This document shows positions 23,516 to 36,502 of a stretch of DNA of 64,000 bases, piece after piece. Made by a program: the position numbers and the translations under genes. The notes beneath the pieces are model-generated. The model searched no databases. It was not told the origin of the DNA and saw only the letters and a list, made by a program, of their open reading frames with translations. The number at the start of each line of letters is the position of its first letter. Positions within the stretch are counted from its first letter, which is position 1. Source of the DNA: Azolla caroliniana (lineage: Eukaryota > Plantae > Polypodiophyta); the NCBI GenBank assembly GCA_043228905.1, contig JBHGNT010000006.1, positions 1,178,001 through 1,242,000 of the forward strand, in the 5' to 3' direction.

Positions 23516-24157
23516 TTTTTTCTTTTTTTGAATAAAGATTCGCCTTGGTATTAATGAAAAGATGCCCAAAGGCTACAAAGAACTCATACAGTAAAATATA
23601 ACCCTCATACCCACATCAACCAACATGTTGAGTAGCAAAACCCTCATGCATGGTCCTTCCAAGAGGGGGGACGGAAAAGGCCAACTTGTTGGAGCATATC
23701 TCCACTTTATTCTGTCCCCAAAAGAGGTGAAGACCTCTGCCTTTTTCCAAATTTCTCGAAAATGTTGATGCTTACGAACCACAACCTCAGGCTCACCAGT
23801 TATTGCCTCATATTGACCTCTTAGAGTATGTAGGAGCATCAACCATATGTCCGTGACTAACTCAACAACATTTTGTTTGACTTTTTGAAATACACATTTA
23901 CATCTTGGCTTCCACAATACCCAAACTACTAAAGAAGATATCGTAGACCAAATCTTGTCCTCTTCCAAACAACAGATTGTTGAAGGATAAGAGACTTCCA
24001 ATACACGTCTTCCATCGAAGAGGAGTAGAAAATCAACATACTCCTTTTCATAAATATGTATTTCTTCAGCCAACCTTCCCCATGTCATAAAATCCCATGT
24101 GTACACCTATTTACCATAAATAGGATACAAAAATTTCAACATCCTTTTCCAAACTAC
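23516..24157 (-). mobile_element. Heavily 5'-truncated L1 LINE
   Basis: ORF2 C-terminus similar to the 13-18 kb LINE (VWVLWK...IWLMLLHTLRGQ...KWRYAP). A-rich tail at 23516-23529 and TSD AATGGTTTTGAATG at 23502-23515 and 24158-24171. Confidence 0.88.
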
Positions 24158-27100
24158 AATGGTTTTGAATGTTAATTTTCGTTATTTAGTTTTGGCATTG
24201 AATTCCAATCTCTTTTGAAGGTCTCTTTTAGCTTTAGAACCTCTAGTGAGACTATGCATGGTATCTCCATCTATGGTAGGCAATTGAATAAAGATTATAC
24301 CAATGAACACGATCTCTTATTTTGTACTATGTTATATGATGTTGCAATTAGGAAATTTTACTAAGAAAAAGAGTTTTAAAATAATGGTTTTCCTATTATT
24401 TTGATTGACATGAACCAGTAGTAGGCCATGGCCGATTGGAATTCTAAAAATTCAACTAAGCCGAGAGAACTTATTCAAATAAGGGTCAAAAAAGTTTGTG
24501 CAACATGGTAGGGACCTTCACAAGACACAAGTATAGGAAAAATATTAGGTATGAGATAAATAATGGTTTGTGTTGACAACATATAGTAACTCCTTTTTCA
24601 CCACTATTTTTATTGCTTAGGTATAAAAGTGCACACTTCATAAATTGTGTAAAAAAACATGACAAAAGTAGCCAAAGGAGCAACCATGTGATCCCACCAA
24701 AAGTTTGTGAAGCAACTTTGACCTCACAAATGCTCCTCTTTTTGTAAAGTATGAGCTATTTCCATATGATATATCAAAACATGGTACACATACATAACAT
24801 GATTAAAACCCAACAAGAATTTGAAGAATATGAAATTGTGAATGTTTCACTTTTAAGAAATAAAGGGAGACCTAAAGAGAAGGTAAAATGGAAGTAAAAT
24901 TTGAACCACATTCTCGTGGATTGCCTTAGCATAGTCATTGACACACATCCTTTAAGTAAAGTTTCAAAACAATTTAGCTATAATAGGCACTTAAGTTTAT
25001 TATATATGCACTACAAGGTAGCTAGCTGGTTTGGATTCCAATAATGAATATGGTAAGGGACAACCTTGAGACAACCCATCATGCAAATACTAGAGTAATC
25101 ATGTAAGGCCCACCAAGTGTTCTTTTGACCCGGTCATTACAATTTTTCAGCACCTCCCCAAGTATTAGCTTTCGATTTTGAGAGTCATTTTCACAATTTG
25201 TGAGCTTCAATCATCTTTGTTACACCTTTTATGGTTCTTTGAATATTTATCCATTAGACCCAATTCTATCATTTTATAGTGGTCTTTTGGCACAATGCTC
25301 AACATTATGGTCAATGTCATCTTTGTAAACATTCATGTGTTAATATGATTGGTTTCTCTATAATAATTTTTTTGATCTCATATGATGTCATAATCAAAGC
25401 AAAACTTGTCATCTTCAACATCTACAATGCTAAAAAAAACTTTTCGCACATCACATTCTATGATCATCCCACAAGGTAATGCCCAAATTCCACAATTAGA
25501 ATGTACCGAACTGACACGCCTAATTTCCGTCGGTCACTTGATTTGTCTACAATGTATGGTACTAGCCATATTGATGATGACGATTGTAGTAGTATGGCAA
25601 TTTCATCATTGAATGGATGGATGAAGAGAACAGTACACCAAATAACAATTATTGCAAAGGAAAGGCATGAAAGTAAAAATGGCCACAAAGATTCAACATG
25701 TCAACAAAATGGTTGATGATGTGATTGTCCAACCTAGATGACTTAAATAGGAAAAGGTGTTCTAGTGGTTCAATACATCCTAATGTCTTCCTTAAATTAT
25801 AGAATTAAGCAATTTCACACTTACGCAACTAAGCAACTCACCTTGAATTGTTTTGAGTAGCACTCTATACATGATAACTGATCACCACATTCAACAAACT
25901 TAATGTTCTTTAAATATTCTTTTAGAGAAGAAGATTTGTTTTGAAGATCAATAGGAATGATAAATAAGATTGAAGCAAGGGGCTAAATTTCCAAAAGAAG
26001 AACGAAGAAATTTTATGAATAAAATCTTGATATTATTTGGGAAGGAGAAGGTAGTCAAAGAAAAAGAGGGATGTTCATCCTTTCGTTGAGAACTAGTATT
26101 AGTGACGACATCATGATGATGATAATTGAAAGGTCAAGCGAATTATCGAAATAGCTACAAAATTTGTGTGGTCAGTACATACAAAAGATGTTGGTACATT
26201 GGTTAAGAGTTAAGTCGCACACAACTACTTTAATGCTAGTGCAGTGCATTTTGTACATCGACGTCTTACTTGAAGGGCTTTTATTTTCGAATGGTGTAGT
26301 TCAACGTGAATACACATAAGGAAGCATGATACATTGTATCTCTTCCGTTTAGCAAGTTGCAATAATATGGCATTTATATAATTTGAATAATGAAAAGGTA
26401 CTTGCACGAGGGAAATTATGCATTTGTGAGGAACTAGTGTGCTAAGGTTTTGGGAAAGAAATATTTTGAGCTAAACTCATGATTGATTGGCTGTTAAAAT
26501 TATAAATGTCTATTTGATAGATAAATATGGTCATTGTCATGACTCATGATTGGTATAATGATTGGAAATGTTTTGGAACTACAATTGCGCCATGAGTTGT
26601 CTTACTACAAAATTGTGGGGCTCAAGAACCTTTTAAATGTAAATAACAATGCATGCCCTTCTAGGATGTTTTGTACCATATGGTTGATTTATACTTGATT
26701 TGATGATGTTGGCTTTGATAATTTTCCATACCATAGTTGGCTTTGGGAGGTTGTGTCTGTTCTAAGTTGGACCTTTAGATTCGATGCTTTTGTCCACCAC
26801 TTTATAGAACACAAAAAAAGCTTGCAAGTTGGCTATTTCTAAGTATCACGTGAGAATTCCCCAATTGTGACATACGCAAATATGTAAACTTAAATTATTT
26901 GAATGTGAGGGCACCTAATTAGGTGGCACTTTAGGCTTCTAATTACAATATTCTTACTACTTTTTGCCCCATTGTTGTTTCTCACAAACCTCCTTTTGTG
27001 ATAGATAGGGTTTTACGTTGCTTCTAACCAACCCTCCTTTATCCAACACGTATGATGCTATGTTGAAAGTATACGAGTTGTAGTGTAATGGTTGTGTACT

Positions 27101-30100
27101 ATAATTTTAACAACCAACATCGTATTTTCATGTTGTAAAAATTTCGGGATGGAAACTACATTACCCTTTCTCAAGAAGTAGAAGCATCCATAGCTTTTAT
27201 ATGTTGACTTGAAACAAACTTCATAAGAAAATGTTTTTGGGAACAAAATTCTCGGTTTATACGTATAATGTTTTGAAATTTATTGCATGGATGGTTATGG
27301 GCCATGGCCAAATGAAATTAATGTTGATTTGTATAATTGTGAGGCTGAAGAGCCTTTTTAAACTATATAAGTAACAAGGTTGATGTCACATAAAGTGTAT
27401 GATCCTCTAGGACTCATGTAATGTAAGTTCATTTTGTTAGGAAACATGTTTAGACCAAACTATGTTGGGCTTGGTTTGGTGTGATACTAGTACTTAAAGC
27501 ACTTAACTATTAGAGGCATGGAATAAATAACCCTACATCAAAACAATTTATTTTTTAACTATGACACGTTGAACAGAACATTGGTACAATCAAGCATAAA
27601 CGTTACTATGAGTAAAATGTTGACACCTAATTATTACAGTGGTACTTTGGATCAATATGACACGAGGCTTATAATTACATATAATATTATTGTGGCATTT
27701 GAATCCCATCATTTTTATAGTTTGGCAATATATTGTGACACAAAGTTTACTAATGTTTGTACACAATGAGATGAAGTTGTACCAATACTGGAATTGGTTA
27801 AAAGTTGCCTACCTTTGGACTTGCTATAAGAGGCGTGTATACTTAGTTTTCCCAAGTATTTACCATGTGAATAAATGGTTAGCCTGTCAAATTCCTACCT
27901 TTTACTCAATATAGATGACTCTTGTATTATGTTGGTTTCCCATACTCTCCAACAACATCATCACCTTTTCAATCCATATAAATGGATGACATCATAAGTG
28001 GGGTTCCCTCATGTTTTGCATAAATTTGCAAACATATAAGATAGCTGATATTTTAAAGAAGGTCTTGAAAACAAAATCCTATCTTCCCCAAAAATATAAT
28101 TTCACTTTAATGAACTCAATGTAGACAATTATTTATAACACAATAGAAGAAGAAAATGTGTATCCACATCTCTAGAAAGGCCAATATGGACTATGGGATC
28201 AAAACAACATGCACCATGTGACATTTTTGCTTATTCACGAAAGTTAAGTATATGGTATGCATGGTCTGTAGTGGAAGGGGAGACAAACCTTGAGAGGGAA
28301 TAACTAGAATGGAGATATATATGAAGCTCGTTAGATCAAAACATAAGTCACTCAATTTAGTTTATCATTTGCAAAGTAGATCTGAATCTATGACATCATG
28401 GAAATCATTCAGAGTGTCTTTGCATTTGATACTCATCATGGGGTTGGCCATCACGTAACACGTTGTTTAGATCAAGGAGATGCCAATATAGCAGTTTCAC
28501 GCTTGCAGATATTTTACACTACAAGGACCGTTGGGCAAATCGATGTGGCGCCAATGAATGTGACACGAGATTGTTGTCATTGTGATTTTTTGGTACAAAG
28601 ATCTACAAAGAAAGAGGATTAATAAAAGGGTTTACATCTCTAGGTAATTTAGATTACATGATAATTCCAAAATGTAGACCACCACATATCATGTAAGAGA
28701 GAACTTTATAAGGTGCAAGTAAACATGATTTTTATTTAGTCAAAAATTGAATTATATAAGCACATTCACAATCATTTCATGTTGAGTTTCACTCTAGGTG
28801 TGCGAGCTGGACTCGAACAACCTAAGAGTCATCAATGGTTCTTATAAAGAAAAACACACGGGCCTCTGAAATATTTTATGGCCAATTGAAACATCAAAAG
28901 ATGCACGCACACGACCATATGGCATGGGCATGGCCATTGGAGATATACAAGGGTCTTGGTTGACACACCCCTTGGCAGTTACCACATCCTCCACGACATT
29001 TTGGGGGTCGTGAACCAATCTTCATCGACGACGACGAGTGCATGGGATTGGTAAAGGAAATGGATGTCAAATGATTATGTCCCCTCGCTTTCATTCTCCT
29101 CTGAATTGGCCGCCTTGGAACATGGATCATTCGACTCCTCTTGTGGTGAGATACCAAGACATGTCGATGCTATACACGATTTAAACGTGAAATTTTTAGC
29201 TTATGCACATGATCTTATCGAATAGAATTGGATGCTTCTCAATGTCAAATCGAATTAATCATGTGTAGAATCAATATAAAATGGGTTTGGATCGAAGCTC
29301 TTATTTGACATAGTAAGAATCAATTACAGATATCTTCACCAATTTGCGGAAAAGTAGCGTGAACATGAAAGAGCTTAATCAAGGTTACATAATGAAGAAG
29401 AGCAAAATATTGTTATGAAGAAAGGTTAGTTTGAAGGGTTACCTTGGGCGAAGTAGCTTCGGGAACGTGATCACCTAGTGACGAAGAAAAGAGAAAGAAA
29501 GAAGATTTTGTGGTTACATGAGTGAAAAGACATTAGGAGTTAGTTATAATAATGGTCATAATGAAAAAAACCCATAGCCATAAGAAAACGCGGAAGAAGA
29601 AAGAATGTTACCAGGAGATTGAACGTGTTTGGATTGAATGCGTTGAGTGGAGGAGGAGGAGGAGGAGGATGAGGTCTCATTAATGAAGAAAAGAGTGACG
29701 ATTAGGAGCATATTAAGGAGAACAATTAAAGAAGAAGAAGAAGAAGATTTACTAAAGGTTTGTGAAGGTCCCATCAATCAATACCAATCAACTGAAATTA
29801 TTATTAATCCTCCTTTCATCAAACCTGTCTTTCTTGGCTTCTCTATTGCTACGCAAGGCACATATGTACAAGCATGAAGTTAGCTTAACTGGCTAGTAAT
29901 AGTTAGGCTCTTAATTTACTAGCTAGGTTCTTAGAGAGAGTGAGAGCTGCTTGGGTTTTCATTAAGAGGAAGAGAAGGATATGCATATATATAAAGGGAT
30001 AAAGTGCCTTCCTATTTGGTTGTGCATTTACTCATGTTTTGTTTTTTCATTAGACCCAATGATTTATGAAGCTTACATGTGTTCTTTACTCTTGGCTCAA

Positions 30101-31299
30101 TTTTGTTCGGTGGGAGCTCCTCTAATTATTCAAACTCTTGTATACGTTGACACTGATTAAACGAAACTTGAGTCTAGCTCGAAACCGAGATTAGTCTCTA
30201 TCAACCTACCAACCTACCAGTCTAACCTTTGAGGAGAATGTGGCACACCATTGTATGTTACATCACTATCATGTACCTAACTAGATCCATGTAGCATGGT
30301 CACATCTTGTCCTTTGACCCTTAGCAAATGTATTGAGTATTCGTCTAGGCATTGTAATAATGTGTCAACGAATTTATGTTGTGGCATGTATTTTGTTGGC
30401 ATTGCTCAAGGATGAGATGTTATTATTTTCAACCCCTCGGTTGTTACACTCTATGCATGTATTAAGTGTTCACATTTGTTTGCACTCAATGTGTGTGCAT
30501 GCATGTATACATACATACTACTTTTATGTGTAAATAATAAGAGGTAATAGCTTCATATAACGAGTATTGTCTCATTTCGTTTCTTTTTTTTATTCATGGA
30601 GGTTATTGAAGGCGTGAGAGACAAGAACGTTGAATAGAATTACCCAACTTTCTATTAATGTATACCATGTAGTGTTGACTACCTACATAGAGTGCATATC
30701 ACATACTGTATAGACTATATTGGAGTATATAAGGTAGTCCAAATGACTACCATATGTTGTGGGGGTTGAGATGGTTGCTTCACGTCTCCACGAGAATTTG
30801 ATGGCGGAGGTTAGCTTTGGACTTCCACACCATATTGCACATATTGCCTTGCATGCTTGGGAAATATAGAAAATCACCCTCACACCCTTGCAACTTGCTT
30901 TCACAATGTAATGACACTTTGAGCTTACTAATTTATTTATCCTCCTTAGTTTGGTCCTCTAATTTGAGAACGATTGGCACAAGAAGGCCATAATTTGCAA
31001 ATGAAAGGATTTGGGACCACACCTTTTCCTTGTGTGAAAATGACTTATCAAAATCTTCCAAAACTTACCATTATCATTTTCAAAAAGACATCATACAAAT
31101 GACATGCTCTACTACAACCATTCTCTAAAAAGATATAATTTTAAAGAAAAATTCACGATGCTGCATGAGCACCTACCGAAACAAATAAAGAAGTTATAAG
31201 CAAAATAGTACTACATGAAAGTGACAATATCTCTACATCTTTCGAATCATTTTCCATGCAATTATCTTTGTTATAATCAACGTACACTAGTAGAAAACT

Positions 31300-31800
31300 T
31301 TCAATTCACACTTTCTTGATGTTGTCCTGCAATTGATAAATTTGAAATCGATATATGTTTGCAAAGATGATCTTTAAAGGAACATAATGCTTTTAAGAAT
31401 TCTTGCCTTTACAGTTGGATTTCCACCACTTCATTCTGGTGCAGCCTACTTTGATTGCATTCAACTTCCACCAACTTGAGGCGATGTGCAATAACATGAT
31501 ATACACCCTCTAAACAAGATCGCAAAGTGATTTTGTTTTGTAATTGTGGAAATATATTGAATCTAAAGTCTATCCAAGCTAAGATAAGTATAATATATAT
31601 AAAGTATCCCCATTCATTACAAGATTGCACATTACAATTCGATGGCACATATCATGTCACATCATCTTTAAATGAATTAATTCCAAAGGTTGTGCCCTCC
31701 ATAGGAGTTCACTCATAAATATGTAACTAAAACATGTGAGCTCAACATATGGGGAGAATTTGAAGCCCCTTTTTACATATTTACCAACAAAAAGGTGTCG
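31300..31800 (-). pseudogene. Decayed hAT-type transposase fragment
   Basis: LEGVYHVIAHRLKLV resembles the hAT CxAHxLxL motif region; the surrounding frame is broken. Confidence 0.45.
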
Positions 31801-32974
31801 TTTAAAGGATTGTATGTAGAAATGAAAGGTTGCATTTTATTCATTAAAAATACACAAGGAAATTTTTTAATAACCCCTGAATGCACCTAGTGTAGAGGCT
31901 TTAATTTCGGTGTGCCCTATGAGAGTTTACTTTTGTAGTATGCTTTTAATGCCATAATCGACCCCTCCATGTGACTAAGAAACATTTCTCTAAGGATTAA
32001 ACAAAACATTTTACTTGCTTCTTTCGATCATGAACTTTGTTAAAAGCATTTAATTCTACTAGTGTATGTGCTGCAAAATAATATGGTATACTTCTTTACT
32101 ATGGAAGCATAAAGTACTTAGATCACCGAAGATTCTACAATACCATTTGTGTATGAAAGACACGATTGAATGTAATCATGTGGTAGGAATTTTGACAAAA
32201 TCTATTTGAGTTTCGTATTTGGTATCACTGTCATATTTGCCAAATTAGATGATTTATGCTCAATAGAAAACCAAACATGTGACTGTAGCATGTCCCTACT
32301 AGAGATCAACATTTAAACCAATAACCTAGGCATAATTACATGAAAACCAAGGATAATTCAAAAGCCAAATGGATGAAAAAGCTTTATGGCACCAAGGGTT
32401 CCTCCTCAAGTAATTGATAGTAGTAGAAACTCATATGGTGTTCAATGGAAAACATTTGTGCTCAACCACTTTGATATAACCTAAATGCTCATATTGCTTT
32501 TGCCCCTAGATCAACCCCTACATCAAACATCAAGAATTAGTACACATTATACTTCTTCACACGTAAGCCTAACGATTCAAAAAAACTATGGTAATAAAGT
32601 CCATTTTATTGAATTGATGGATAATATTCACAATTGTATTCTCAAATGTTTTTAACTTCATAGGGTTGTGCAATCACTCCATCGTATCTACTTTTATACC
32701 TAGGGAACATTCCTATAAAGAGAATGAATGAACTTACGATTTGAAAGGCTATTTTTAATATCCCGGTATATGGAGGCTATGACTTTTAAAGTATATAAAC
32801 ATAGATGAGATTGTAACAATGCCTCGTCTTTTTATAATAATGAGATATGGCCAGACCATCTCATAGTTGACCCTTTAGAGATACTTCACATTAAGAAAAT
32901 ACACACTTATATTATGAACGGAGGATTATAGATTCGCTACAATATACATAATACTAGATAAGCAATACAAAAGT

Positions 32975-33051
32975 GAGTGTTGATCAATATTATTTACATT
33001 TTTCATAATGTTGAGTGTTGATCAATATTATTTACATTTTTCATAATGTTG
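32975..33051. repeat. 38-bp tandem duplication
   Basis: GAGTGTTGATCAATATTATTTACATTTTTCATAATGTT occurs twice. Confidence 0.85.
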
Positions 33052-33199
33052 ATATGAGCCAATATGTCTTATTTTTTGGGAGATGATTCTTTCATATCAT
33101 ATTTGCATCATAACTTCCTCAAAGATATATTAGTGTACGCGTTAGATAGAGAGCTAATATTTTGTGAATTGCATGATGGACTAGGGTCTTTATTGGGTG

Positions 33200-33292
33200 G
33201 TTTGAAAGTACTCTTTCACACATTATTTACATATTAATGATGGACATTTTCCTCTTTATAGGTAAATAATGTGTAAAAGAGTACTTTCAAAC
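33200..33292. repeat. Inverted repeat / MITE-like hairpin
   Basis: GTTTGAAAGTACTCTTTCACACATTATTTAC pairs with GTAAATAATGTGTAAAAGAGTACTTTCAAAC. Confidence 0.8.
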
Positions 33293-34339
33293 GACCTTTA
33301 TGTTGCATACTTGCTAATGACGACAATCTGGAACCGCATACCATTGTAATCCATTAAGGGCTTACCTTTGGAATCCATAACGGCATCATTTGTCCATATC
33401 ACATTTAGTAATGGTTGTTCAACTACATTCCATTGAAAACATTTCGGCTAAGATGTCCCAATTTTTCTTCAACTTTTTGGAATCTAAAGTTTCTTTTATT
33501 GCCAATGGTTTGTACCCAAAGTATGTGGACGTTCCTTCAACTATCTTGTCTTTTTCTTATGTGATGCGTGAAGGCAATGCTTCAATATCATGTGGTAACA
33601 CATAATGCCTTGTTCGGTATTACCTTAAGGCACCATTGCTTTTGTTTCCAACCTTGGGTTGTAGAAAGTGATTTGTAAAGCTATATTTAAAGTAGTGCAA
33701 CATTAATGTGCATTATTCCAAACTAGAGAAACCAAAAAATACTTCATTGAAAAGACTTAAACGGTATTGGCCTTGACTTCAACTCACAATCTTAAAGTTT
33801 TGAAGTACAAACTTTACCACTACACAATCATGTTTACGTTAAAATGTTTGAAAAACTTATCAAATTGAGGAAGTAAAAAGGCAATGCTCTCACATTGTCC
33901 TTGTTTTTGGTCACCGTCGACTGACAAAGTAACAAGGTTGGTTCTTGGAACAAGTATCTCTAATCAATGCCAACATTAAATTCCCCTTGACATGACTCCT
34001 ATTCATCACAAAGTCAACGTTGCATTAGAACAATTTTTTTGATCCTACAACCACATACTCTAGCCCTCTTTGAAAAACCACAATTAGCCTTTGCATTCAT
34101 AATAGAATGGTTTATATTTATGTGCAAGTGGTATATGTTGTGTAGGAGGATTATGAGTGAGTTCATATTTGGCATAAGTATATTGGCCATTGACCTTATA
34201 TGTTTAAAAAAAACATTCGATAAACTTCTTTTTTATTTACCTATCCATAGTTATGAAATGAGAATTATGGTTTTCCTTAGCATCAATTCCCTTTATTTGG
34301 TTCTTATGGGTCAAATTCCAGAAAACCACTTAAGGCCAT

Positions 34340-34640
34340 TGTTGGAAGGTTCAAATGGTCAATCTTGCCATGGGAAATGAAGCTTCATCTGCATTCTGAA
34401 AGAGATGGGCAACCTCATTGCATTGGTTAGCTTAGCTATTTGGAAGGTTCAAATGGTCAATCTTGTTATGGGAAATGTAGCTCTCATTGAGAAGTTTTCA
34501 TTCCATATGATCATTGATGGGCTTTTTGGATCAAAGTTCATCAATAACTTAAAAGCCATTTGCGAAAGGCCCAAATGATCAATCTTGCTATGGAAAATGT
34601 AGCTCCCCTTGAGAAGATTGCATTCTTAATTATCATTGAT
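34340..34640. repeat. Three degenerate 100-120-bp tandem units
   Basis: GAAGGTTCAAATGGTCAATCTTG...ATGGGAAATG core at about 34344 and 34443, with a more diverged copy near 34565. Confidence 0.75.
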
Positions 34641-36159
34641 GGCCTTTATTTTGCGTTATACACTGTAAGTAGTCAATGATTAGAAGCAACTAATGTAAGC
34701 ATTTGTCTGATCACTTGGAATCAAGGCTATATTTTCTTGAGTAGGGAATATGGTCAAGGAGAGCACGAGATCAAACGAGACATGTTGGTACTTAAGTGCT
34801 ATGAAGGATAAGAAATGTGGTCATAATTGAGTAGTATATAATGTCGTGGTTGATTGTTTTGCCAAGGATGACATGAAGATGAACCTTAAAAACTCTTTTT
34901 AACAATGATATTATGACTTAAAGTAATCATTGTTTTTTGAATTCGCTATATTGGAAGAAAGCTTTTGAACTTTATGACAATGTAAAGGGAACACATTCAT
35001 CCTAAGTTGTGATTGATGTGTCTTGCCTATAATTTTGCATATGGTCTACTGTGCAACAAGAATGCTTCCTACTTATACATTGGAGAAAGAAATCAACATG
35101 CTTGAAATGAAATGTATCTATTGAGACTTTAGTCTAAATTGAAATGATCATAAGCACATGAGAAAATTGTCATTGTAGGATCTTGTTATTGGATTGACTC
35201 TATGTTGACATGATTGCTTCTACAACCATCTCATTTTGATGCACCAGTTAATGCATTAAAGGGCATGAAAAGTACATTGTTAATACATTGAAGAGCATGA
35301 AAAGTGCATTCACGTCATTCAACAAGCACAAGAGTTATCGATCTGATCACAATAATCACTTGACCCAAGACATCGCATATGCAGCTAGGCATGTGGTGCC
35401 ACCTCTATCAAAGCTTGTGTGATGTTCAAGAAACACAATAAAATGCTCAGCATAATTGTCGGATTCATTCGAACACCTTGAATTTCTTGATTGAAATGAT
35501 TATAGAGGGAATTGACTTTTTTATTTGGCTTGTTCGTAAAAGAATTGTCACTTTGTAAACTTTCCTTGGTGGAAGGTATCTTCATGTATCACATGTCGAT
35601 ACATAATTGTTGCCTCATTGAAAACACCCTTTAAGGCAACACATTTAGACCTTCTGGACTTGATGCGACTTGGCATGCGCATGAACCTGAAATTCACCCT
35701 AATGAAAAATATGAACTCATTTTTAATCCAAGTATATTCTAGACATTTACACCCATGTCATGAGGAAGGTTCTTTAGTGATCTATCGTACGGAACGAAAC
35801 GATGACTTCAAGCTTAAAATAATCACACGTGACCAAAAACACGTTATTGTGCTAGAGAGGAAATTTCTAGATTTCTATACCTTTTTTTATAAGAGGAAGT
35901 TCCTAGAGTTTCACCCGACAGACAAATCGTACTGGAGGAGGAAACATCCACAATGGTTGGACCACAAACATGGATAAACACATATATACAAACACGTCGA
36001 CATCGGCATACATCCATGTCCATGAATAAACACATGCACATGGCACATATGCATATGCATAGACGTAGACATCCACATCCTAATACACACACAACGCATA
36101 CATACACATAGGTGTGATATACAACTATGTACATTATTTCCCAAAACACAAGTATACAT

Positions 36160-36255
36160 GCATGCAATGAACTACGGATACATACATATAAATGTACGTT
36201 GGTACATAATGTATGTATACAAATACGAACATTTTCGTACATATACATACATACA

Positions 36256-36286
<31 letters not shown>

Positions 36287-36445
36287 GTATGTATACAAAT
36301 ACAAACATTTTCGTACATATGTATGTATGTATGTATATGTATACGATACAAAAACACACATTTTGTTCATATTGTCTTTCCAAAAGGCGCCCCATCATTT
36401 CTCTCTCGCTGTCTGTCTGTCTGTCTGTCTCTCGATCTGTCTGTC
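36160..36445. repeat. (TACA)n, (TATG)n and (TCTG)n microsatellites
   Basis: Visible directly; they explain the low-complexity ORFs here. Confidence 0.9.
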
Positions 36446-36502
36446 GAGTGGCTCGCTCCCATGTATGTATGTAGCCCACCACTGCAACAACTATCTACAA
36501 CG

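Noticed and set aside
24200-27300. Possible decayed DNA-transposon coding region
   Set aside because: Coding-like texture, but no motif, TIR or TSD could be identified with confidence.
33390-33605. FIANGLYPKY resembling the Harbinger YLADGIYP motif
   Set aside because: A single short match with no other transposase motifs nearby.
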